Below, piece by piece: positions 38,128 through 47,814 of a stretch of 64,000 bases of DNA (its first letter is position 1; each line of letters opens with the position of its first letter). The stretch lies in the NCBI GenBank assembly GCA_002269645.1, contig NIVC01000720.1, positions 6,096-70,095 on the forward strand, given 5' to 3'. The notes beneath the pieces were generated by a model, which saw nothing but the letters and a program-made list of their open reading frames with translations, was not told the origin of the DNA and searched no databases. Position numbers and translations under genes: made by a program. The DNA comes from Macrostomum lignano. Its lineage: Eukaryota.

Positions 38128-39249
38128 TCAATAGCCGCCGCAGTCTCCGCCACCGATTCGGCAAGAGGCCCTGGACCCGTCGGGGTTTCTGCACTTGAAA
38201 TTCGAGCTGCTGCAGCTCACAACCGAGCCGCCGCAGGTCCAGAAGCCCTTGTACTTGCAGCGGCAGGCCTTGAACGGCGGAGCGGGAGAGGAGATGGTGC
38301 AGCCGCCCTTGTGATAGTCGCAGTCGCAGTTGTTCGGCGAGCTCACGTCCGCCCTAGCGATCGGGATGGCGTCTCCAGGCCGGGCCAGTCGGAGTCCGAG
38401 TTTTCCCGCCAGCTTCTTGAGCAGTCCAGGCCGGTTGGTGATGATGCCGTGCACTCCCAGGTTGATGTAGGACTTCATGGAGGACTCTTTGTCCAGCGTC
38501 CAGATGTAGGTCAGGCCGATCTGGCCGCTGCGAACGCCGGCCACGGCCTGCCTGATGCCGCTGTAGTAGGTGCCGGGCGCGCAGGCGCTGATTCCGGTGC
38601 CGAATGCGCGCTTCCGGGTGAACCTGGACAGCATGGCGGCCACGGAGCTGTACTTATCGGCCTCCTGGTCGAAGGCGAAGTAGTAGCGGTCTTTGTTGCG
38701 GAATCCGCTGGCAGTCCTGGCCGCCGCGTAGACGTACTCGAAGCAGTTGATCTTGCCGGCCGAGATGACGACCTTGCCGCGGTAGCCGTTACCGAAGAGC
38801 TCGCGCTCCACGAGCCTGGCGATGTTGGCGCCAGCAGTGGCGAGTCTGTCGCCCCACTTTGGGTCCACCTTGCCGTCCAGGATGATGAGAGCGAGTCCAG
38901 GCAGCCTCGCCATGTGGCGCAGGTGGCTGGAGGCGCTAGCACTGGCGCCTCTGCCTGAGCAGCCCCTGAGCGAGTGGCTGCAGATGTGGTAGCTGCCGGG
39001 GTGTGGGCAGCTGCAGTCGCAGAATCCACGGTGCTCGAACTCAGTCGGGTTGCCATATCCGTCGTACTGGATGTCTGCCTCGACTGCGTTGGCGCCCTCG
39101 CGCATTGCCCAGTCGAGCGAGTGCGGACTGTTGGTCATGTGGGCGATGATGTAGAAGGGATCTCTGGTCTGGGCGGAGTCGAGTGGCTTGGCCAGCAGCA
39201 GCAGCAGCATCGCTGCAGTGCAGATATTCAGTACTCGGAGGCCTGACAT
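38128..39249 (-). CDS. Secreted sphingomyelinase D / SicTox-like phospholipase D with C-terminal 10-Cys domain, intronless
   Basis: Signal peptide; FYIIAHMTN (first catalytic His), NAVEADI (Mg-binding Glu/Asp), EHRGFCDC (second His), ILDGK, YIWTLD, GIITNRP and plug motif LRLARPGD, then CDC...GGC...CRC...TC...C...C...C...DC. Confidence 0.88.
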   Translation of the reverse strand: MSGLRVLNICTAAMLLLLLAKPLDSAQTRDPFYIIAHMTNSPHSLDWAMREGANAVEADIQYDGYGNPTEFEHRGFCDCSCPHPGSYHICSHSLRGCSGRGASASASSHLRHMARLPGLALIILDGKVDPKWGDRLATAGANIARLVERELFGNGYRGKVVISAGKINCFEYVYAAARTASGFRNKDRYYFAFDQEADKYSSVAAMLSRFTRKRAFGTGISACAPGTYYSGIRQAVAGVRSGQIGLTYIWTLDKESSMKSYINLGVHGIITNRPGLLKKLAGKLGLRLARPGDAIPIARADVSSPNNCDCDYHKGGCTISSPAPPFKACRCKYKGFWTCGGSVVSCSSSNFKCRNPDGSRASCRIGGGDCGGY

Positions 39250-39668
39250 CGCAGAAGGCTCTGGTGAAAATGGCTCTGTGCCCTGACTGGCTGTTACGAG
39301 TAGTTTAGCAGTTTCCTATTTATGTTTTTGTGAATGCCGCAGGAGCTGAGGGAGACCCACAATAAACATTTCACGTGTCGATTGCAAGGGCGGGTGGCGT
39401 ATGTGTACCTGAGATGATACATGAGACGTACGTGAGATGAAAGGTCACATTTGTTTAACACACGTGTCGGTGGGGAGCGACAGTAATTCTTTTTAAAGAA
39501 ACGATGCCACGCAGTCTCGGTTTTTATGCGTCTCTGGCAGCTTCAATGGAGTGTTTTTTTATAGTAAGACTCGCTCTAGCTGTAAACAGACGGTGAGTAG
39601 TGCCTTTGATAAGAGAGTAGAACTCGGCTATTTCCAAATTTGCAAGTTACATTTAATGGTAGATTGTA

Positions 39669-39774
39669 TAGTATGCAACTTCGTTGAATAATGGCCATAG
39701 ACACTCGTGCGCGTAGTGTAGCGTAGCGTAGCGCACGAGTGTCTATGGCCATTATTCAACGAAGTTGCATACTA
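39669..39774. repeat. Perfect hairpin D, 44-bp arms containing CCATAGAC/GTCTATGG
   Basis: TAGTATGCAACTTCGTTGAATAATGGCCATAGACACTCGTGCGC, an 18-nt loop, then the exact reverse complement. Confidence 0.9.
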
Positions 39775-39914
39775 CACAAGTGCATTGTATTTATACTTTC
39801 ACTCAGCGCTCAGTCATTATTCCACACTTTTGCGGCCATTATTCCACACTTTTGTCGCTGTCATTATTCCACACTTTTTATCATGCTTCAATTGGCTGTT
39901 TTAAGTTGTTTTAC

Positions 39915-40687
39915 CCATAGACGACTGAGTTGTGTGGCTTAGTTTGACCATAGACAACACTGTGATGAGTGCTGATTTTGCTTGCGTCTTGCAAGAAATC
40001 AGGAAAGCGAGTAGTGGGAGAAAAAGCTATTTGTCTGGTCAAACAACTATGGCTATAGTGCATCTCGTCAAACAGCCGCGCTTATTAATTGGAAAAATCT
40101 TCCTGTCGACGACTGAACGAACCGTGCGGCGCTACCTAGGAAGAAAACGCGACCATGCAGTCTTCAACGCCTCGACGGCTATAAACGATGCCTGAAAGCG
40201 GCCAATCGATTCAGTCGAGCAGCCGACAGTCCCAAAGAATTCCAGCTTGGATACTGCGGTACCAAAGAAGCTCATCAGACGAAGCTCATCAGTCGCATGC
40301 CAACTTAACCAAGTCGTGCATCTTTCAAATGGTAAGTTCGGCAACTATACTTGAGCACCTGTATTTCTCTTTCATAGAAAACATTCAACATAGACCAACT
40401 CCTTTTGCAGTGCCAAATCATCAGGCTAAAGTGTCGAGCATCTTTGGAAACTGCGGCTTTGAGAACTGTGCATGTTTCACGTTGGGTGACAAATTGATTT
40501 TTACATTGTCAAATTTCGACCACAAACTGATGAACTGCACTAGCTGTGACATTTATTATTAACTCTTTTCGTGTAGCTGGTACTTTAGTTTTAATGATTT
40601 TTCCTTTTTGTTCATTTACTTCTTGTTGTTCTGTATTTATTAACAAAAATACTGAGCGATGGATTTTTTCAATCCAAATGTCTATGG
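39915..40687. mobile_element. Dispersed module M, copy 2 (inverted relative to 4333-4924)
   Basis: See copy 1; begins at CCATAGAC and ends at GTCTATGG. Confidence 0.75.
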
Positions 40688-40725
40688 TACACATCAAAAC
40701 TGTGGAATAATGGCCAAAATATACT

Positions 40726-41147
40726 TTTTTTGCAATCAATTTTGTCGTTTTTGCGTTCAATTTCGGCGCGAGCGCTAGTGTGCAGTCCAAACAACTGAGC
40801 CATAGACACTGGGCAACTTAAATTGCGTTTGAATTCGGCATTTTTGCGTCCTATTTCGGCAGCGCAATCACATGGGCCGCACTGTGGGCACAGTTAGAAT
40901 GTTTTTGCCACAGACACTTTCTCACTCGATCGCATTCAGTGAGGGTGGGAAGAAAAATTTGTCTCCTAAAGCAGGCCTATAGTCGTCTCCGCAAGTATGT
41001 TTGATGCCGTAAGCTGCCGAAATAGGACGCAAAAAGGCCGAATTCAAACGCAAAAGTTGCCCAGTGTCTATGGCTCAGTTGTTTGGACTGCACACTAGCG
41101 CTCGCGCCGAAATTGAACGCAAAAACGACGAAATTGATTGCAAAAAT
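40726..41147. mobile_element. Foldback element E, ~135-bp near-perfect inverted arms
   Basis: TTGCAATCAATTT...CGGCGCGAGCGCTAGTGTGCAGTCCAAACAACTGAGCCATAGACACTGGGCAAC... is mirrored at about 41014-41147. Confidence 0.8.
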
Positions 41148-42148
41148 GTATGTTTTTTCATTGCGTCTGGGTCAAAGTATAATTACAATGTTAACCCTAG
41201 ACTTTGCGTCTTGAATAATTTGAATAAAAGTGACTAAACATTTTGGCAAGCCAATACCATGGACGAGGAGGAAATTCCAAAGTCACAATTAGCGTGCATG
41301 CTAGGCTGTAGTATTGTACAATAAACATAGATACAAGCTTCAGCCAGTAAGAACTTAGGAGGGAACTATTATTAAATTCCATCAGCCAATGAAATTCATG
41401 GCGGGAATATCCCAATTTTTAGTAGGTTTTGGCCATAGACTCGCTTTTAGATGAGCGATCCTTTCTATTTCTTCATCCTTGGCCAATACACAAAGCATTA
41501 GCCATCCGGCAATATGTCTATGGCCAACTGTTGCCAGAATCAGCCAAGGCGGTCATCTGAACGGCAAACTGTAACAAACGAACGAGAAAAGCAAGATAAA
41601 AACATAAAGCACTCACTGTTACTGCTTCTGTGATCCTAAATTTCACTTTTGAAGTCACCGAAAAAACTATTGGGAGGGATGAGGAGCGATTGGGAAGGGC
41701 GGAGGGCGAAGATTGAATGGATTGAAGCTTCCACCTGGTTTTCATTGTTTTTTAATGCATTTTTTAATATCAAATTAGAATAAAAATTAGCATAAAACCC
41801 TAATTTTCTGAATGAAAAACTTCAAGCTGTGAAGTGTGAATCACATTATATTGTGCGATATTTTGCAATTTTCTTGCAACTTTGAAACAGTACACGCGAG
41901 TACATGTACATTTAATCTCTATGTACATTGCACAACAACCTCAGTGGAATCAATAAAGCTATAATTACGCCAACCCTCCACTCAATAAATATCTGACTTA
42001 AATATAGCTAGCTTACTGCCAAGGTGCAAAAGGGTCAATTTCTCACTTTTATGTCTGCCATGATCAAATAATTAGTTCATACGCACCAAGACAATTATAG
42101 CACTTTTAGTTGTTAATAACTGTGACCTTTATTTTAACATATTAATAG

Positions 42149-44250
42149 ATGATGGAGTCAGCGGCTAGTGATGCGGTGGAGGAGACAGCGGCATTCGATG
42201 AACAGGTGTGTAACTTTGTGTTCCTGACAGCGCTTAGGGGCAGGGCTATTTGACTGACAGGTGATGCTCTGCCCCATAAAGTTCTAGAGATAGCATAAGG
42301 ATAAAGATAGAGCTGAGATATAGACACTCTAGAGACAGAGCTAATATCTCTTGAACTTTATGCTCTGTCCTTTGTCTGACAGCTTATGGATCCTTTTCTA
42401 ACAGGTGATGTCCCTTTATCTAACAGGTGATGTCCCTTTTCTAACAGGTGATATCCCCTTTATCTAACAGGTGATGTCCCTTTATCTAACATGTGATATC
42501 CCCTTTATCTAACAGGTGATATCCCCTTTATCTAACAGGTGATATCCCCTTTATCTAACAGGTGATGTCCCTTTATCTAACACGTGATATCCCCTTTATC
42601 TAACAGGTGATATCCCCTTTATCTAACAGGTGATATCCCCTTTATCTAACAGGTGATATCCCCTTTATCTAACAGGTGATATCCCCTTTATCTAACAGGT
42701 GATATCCCCTTTATCTAACAGGTGATATCCCCTTTATCTAACAGGTGATGTCCCTTTATCTAACATGTGATATCCCCTTTATCTAACAGGTGATATCCCC
42801 TTTATCTAACAGGTGATATCCCCTTTATCTAACAGGTGATATCCCCTTTATCTAACAGGTGATATCCCCTTTATCTAACAGGTGATATCCCCTTTATCTA
42901 ACAGGTGATATCCCCTTTATCTAACAGGTGATATCCCCTTTATCTAACAGGTGATATCCCTTTATCTAACAGGTGATATCCCCTTTATCTAACATGTGAT
43001 ATCCCCTTTATCTAACAGGTGATATCCCCTTTATCTAACAGGTGATATCCCCTTTATCTAACAGGTGATATCCCCTATCTAACAGGTGATATCCCTTTAT
43101 CTAACAGGTGATATCCCCTATCTAACAGGTGATATCCCTTTATCTAACAGGTGATATCCTCTTTATCTAACAGGTGATATCCCCTTTATCTAACAGGTGA
43201 TATCCCCTTTATCTAACAGGTGATATCCCTTTATCTAACAGGTGATATCCCTTTATCTAACAGGTGATATCCCCTTTATCTAACAGGTGATATCCCCTTT
43301 ATCTAACAGGTGATATCCCCTTTATCTAACAGGTGATATCCCTTTATCTAACAGGTGGTGTTTCTTTTATCTAACAGGTGATGTCCCGTTTCTGAACATG
43401 CGATGTGACTTGGTGATCCCATGCAGAGCAAAATGCATTATTAAATCCCCCAACGCAGACGGAGGAAACAGACGAGTGCCGAATCTGTCGCAGCTCGGTG
43501 GCTGAACTGCTGGCAGCCGATGGCGGCTGCTCCCGCGGCTGCTGCTGCCGCCTGTTCTGCCCCGGTTGCCAGCGGAGGCAGCCGCGCTTCAGTCAGCGAC
43601 CGCCGCTGCACCGCCTGCGATGCGCCTGCACTGGCAGCGTACGCCACGTGTGCGCCAGTTGCTACCGACGCTACTACCTTGCCAGGGGCCTGAGCGCCTG
43701 CGAGATTTGCCGTCAGCCGACCGGCTTAGAGAACGAAGTTATCGATGGAGGCGACGGCGGACTCTGCAAGCGGATAAGCGTGGCAACCTGCTCGAATGAA
43801 GTCCCCTTCATCGTGTACGCCCTGTTTCTCACATTCGCCATCGTGATTATCTTCGTGCTCTTCTTCGAAGCCAACGCAGCCGACTCGGCTGCAGAGCAGC
43901 AATCCGGTACGTCGACGGCGAGTCCTTCAACGCCAACTCAGCAGCCGCCGTCAAGCCCGCAGCGCCGGATGCAGAGAATCATCTTCGTCGGTATAGCCTC
44001 GGCAAACCTGGGCATCGCCCTGGCCTACATCTGCTTCAGCTACTGGCGCCACCGCCGCCTGGCTGACCGATGCTGCCGACATCGTTTGCAGCCATTGGAC
44101 AGCTTCGTCGCTGACGATGTTGATCGGCGAGCTCCGCAACCTCAGCCAGTCATCCTGTCGGTCGGCGCGGTAACGCTGGCGATTCCTCAGCAGCCGCCAC
44201 CGGTGCCGCCTCGACTGCCGCAGTCGCAACGCCTTGCCGTGTCCGTGTGA
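42149..44250 (+). CDS. MARCH-type membrane RING-CH E3 ligase; exons 42149-42205, 43459-44250
   Basis: CRIC...CACTGSVRHVCASC...CEIC followed by two hydrophobic helices. The short first exon (MMESAAS...DEQ|GTGTGT) is phase-compatible but less certain. Confidence 0.72.
42405..43385 (+). repeat. 22-23-bp minisatellite (ATCTAACAGGTGATATCCCCTTT) in RING-CH intron, about 42 copies
   Basis: Directly visible; one reversed monomer near 52428-52451. Confidence 0.97.
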
Positions 44251-45402
44251 TTCTAAAAGCGTCTGGTATTCTGTCTCTAGAATTTTAAATTTAATCAACC
44301 GCCTTGCCTACTGATCGATTTTATGTAAGTAGTGTCAAACGGATATTAGTTCAGCTATTAAAAGCAAAACCCATAATTTTCACGAACACTTTTCAAACCC
44401 TATTTTCGTACTACACATAAATTTTGCCCCGACTAGTATGCTGCATACTTTTATAAATTTTTATGTGAGCTTGTGAAGAAACTAGTAAAAGTTGCGCTTT
44501 TCAATAATACTCTTAGTCTAAAGTGCAATGTACAATTATCACCGTTTTTTATTATATGGTTGCCGACAATTTTTGCTTTTAATACGGCTTGCCTGACTTC
44601 CCTGTCCCATTGATCCTTAAAGTTTTAAAAGTTTTGGTGTTCAAGCTTTGCTTCAAATAGCTCTCGATATTTTACCTTCGTGTTTAATGCACCTTTATTA
44701 ACTTGTAATTGTGCTAATGAAACAAAATGATAACGTGATTGATGAGACGAATGAATAAATCGTGCTTTTTTAATGTAAAAATGAATAAATGAAGACCGAT
44801 CGACAATTCAGTCTAAGCTTTTGTCCGCTTAACTTTATAATAACAGACAAGATTATTGAAGCTTGCTATTTAATTTTTTATTCGTTTATATTACGACTGT
44901 CATTCAATTAACAAAAAAGCTTCTAAGAAAATGAATGAAAATTTATTAACAACGTAAACGTTGATTAGAGCTTTGAATCTGACCACTAAATAAGCAGACT
45001 GTGCCGTCACACTCTACTCACGTGATAGCCAGCCGCTATTTGCACTCTTACTTCTAGATTCGTTGGCTTTATTCAAATGTACACTGCCAAACTGTTTTAG
45101 TGTACACTGTATATATTTATATAGTCTAGATAGGGTTTTATTATCAATGTACGTTAGTGGACTGTGTGTACACCAAGACCGCGCGTATGAACCCAAAAAG
45201 CCATTCCCCCTCTCTCTGCCCCGATTCTCTAGTACAGTAAGCAAAGGACGAGTAATTCCATTATAAAAGATAGGGGCTTTGCCTTAGTGAAAAGCCCTCG
45301 CTTTGAAACTGTTTATTAGCTAGTGACATTTTAAAGCCCGATTAGAATAGCACATTTATTGGTCAAATAAAGAACTAATCCAGTAAAAAACTTCTCCGCA
45401 GA

Positions 45403-47299
45403 ATGAACCCGTTCGACTTGTTGGTGAGTGCTTTGATAAGTACGTGGCAATCATTCCCAAGGCAAGGCTAAACACTAACAGGAGTGACTAGCATTTTAGC
45501 AAGTCTTTTCGAAGGCTTCAAATCAATATGAAATTTCGAGCTTGTGAAAGCGCGCCCTTCCTCCAGGCCCCTGAGATCATCGTTCCCTGAAGACATCGCC
45601 CTGAATGCATAAAGATAATAGAATGCCAAATAATAATAGGTTTGATTCTTTTGTTTAAAACATTCTTCAACCCCGGTCGCCGCAGCCGCCCGGCCTCAAG
45701 AAGCGCCTCATCCGCTGGCTGGAGGACAACCGCGGCCTGGTGATTGTGCTGTTCTGCCTGCCGGCCTCCTTCATATTCGACACCGGCCTGAGCCTCTACA
45801 AGTGGTTCCAGCGGACTCTGCTCAGCGCGCCGGAACGACACGACGCTCGAGTCCGTCAGATTCAGCGCCGAGTTGGCGACTGGAACAAGCAGGACGCGGC
45901 CAGCCGACGCCCGATGTGCACCAGCCGGCCCAACTGGCTGTCGCTGTCCACCACCTTCTTCAAGAAGTCCGAATGCCATCGCATACCCGTGGATCTGTAC
46001 GACATCCTGCATTTGGACACCGAACGCATGGTTGTCCGAGTCGAGCCCATGGTTACTGTTGGCGATATCACTCGATATTTGATTCCGCGCGGCTACACCT
46101 TGGCTGTCACCTTGGAGATTAGCGACGCAACTTGCGGCGGTTTGGCTCTCGGCGTTGGCATGACAACCTACAGTCACCGGGTTGGCCTGTACCAGGAGAC
46201 CATCGTCAGCTACGATGTTGTCCTTGGCGACGGCAGCCTGGTCCGAGCTACAGCAGACAACGAGCACAAGGACCTGTACTACTGCCTGCCGTGGTCGCAC
46301 GGCACCCTGGGCTTTCTTGTCGCCCTGGAGCTGCAGATCATCCCAGTCAAGCAGTTCGTACACATGCGCTACATCCCAGTCCGCGGCCAGAAGCAGTACT
46401 GCGACCGGATGCGCGAGCTCAGCGGTGCTCTGGACAAGGACGCTAAACTGCCCGACTACCTGGAAGCCACCGTGTTCGATCGGGACAGCGCCGTCATCAT
46501 GGTTGGCAACTTCGCCAAGGTGGACACCCCGGAGAAGGCCGCCAAGGTCAACCATGTGACGCGCTGGTACAAGCCCTGGTTCTATAAGCACGTTGAGACG
46601 TTCCTGACCAAGGGAGAGTCCGATGAGTACATCCCACTGCGCGACTACCTACTGCGGCACAATAGAGCCATCTTCTGGGTGCTGGAGTCCATGATCCCGT
46701 TTGGCAACCATCCCGTGTTCCGCCTGTTCCTCGGCTGGCTCTGCCCGCCAAAGCCGGCCTTCTTGAAGTTTACCACCACCCCTGGCATCCGGGCGATGAC
46801 ATTCTCCAAGCAGGTGTTCCAAGACATCGTGCTTCCAATGACAGTGCTAGAGGAGTCCATCGACCTGTCTGAGAAGCTATTCGACACTTATCCTGTCCTG
46901 ATTTATCCTTGCCGAATCTACGACCATGGCCCCAGCAACCGGGGCCAGCTAAGGTCGCCAAAATCCGACCAGATTTGCCCGGGCGCGAACTACGGAATGT
47001 TCTACGATCTGGGCGTCTACGGCACCCCGGGACCGGTGAGGCGAAAGCGCGGTTACTACAACCCGGTTGAGAGCATGCGCGCTATGGAGGCCTTCATCCG
47101 CAAGGTGGGCGGCTACAGCTTCCTGTACGCTGACATCTTCCTCACCGAGGAGGAGTTCAACGAGATGTTCGACCTGGAGGCCTACAACCGGGCGCGAAAG
47201 ATGTACCACGCCGAGGGCGCCTTCCCCAGGCTGTACGAGAAAGTCCGACCCGAGGTTGACGTAGTGAAAATTGGCAATGAGTATGCTCAGGCTGAGTGA
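45403..47299 (+). CDS. DHCR24: Delta(24)-sterol reductase (FAD-linked oxidoreductase); exons 45403-45423 (tentative), 45686-47299
   Basis: MCTSRPNWLSLS, VRVEPMVTVG, GGLALGVGMTT.SHRVGL, LPWSHGTLGFLV, WYKPWFYKHV, DYLLRHNRAIFW and FPRLYEKV. Confidence 0.93.
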
Positions 47300-47814
47300 G
47301 GCCTTGATGGACTTCGCCCCCAGCCTGGCACCGGCTGGCACTGTGTGCGAGCGAAGTCAACTTGTGTCAGATAATAAACCACTGAGAGACCGTTTATCTA
47401 TGAGTCTCCCTCTCTAAAGTGTCAGTAAAGGTCAAATATGGTGTCAGACTAAAATTAAAATTCACTTTATTTGAAAACGTAACTTGCTATGAACTTTATT
47501 TAAATAGTTTTTATTTTAACTTAAATATACACACCTATTCTTGAAGTAAAGGCGAGATCTAATGAACAAAAAATCGTACCTTTTTAGTGGGTTATTCCGC
47601 AAGAAAGTACATCGCATACTTTAGACAAAAAGCTGATGAACTGATGGATATCTTCTAACACTAAAGGCCGTTAATTTAGGCCAATCAGAACGGTTGCTTC
47701 TAAACTAACAAAGTGCATTTCATGCTCTGATTTCTCATTGCTCCTCTCCTAAGAAATCGATCGGGGAGTAGCAAACGCAGGTCTCTTAGTCAGGTCTGTT
47801 ATCCAGCAGAATGG

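Noticed and set aside
45518-46591. Long antisense ORFs over DHCR24, TM9SF1, PLD and MEIOB
   Set aside because: Shadow frames of GC3-rich real genes with no motifs.
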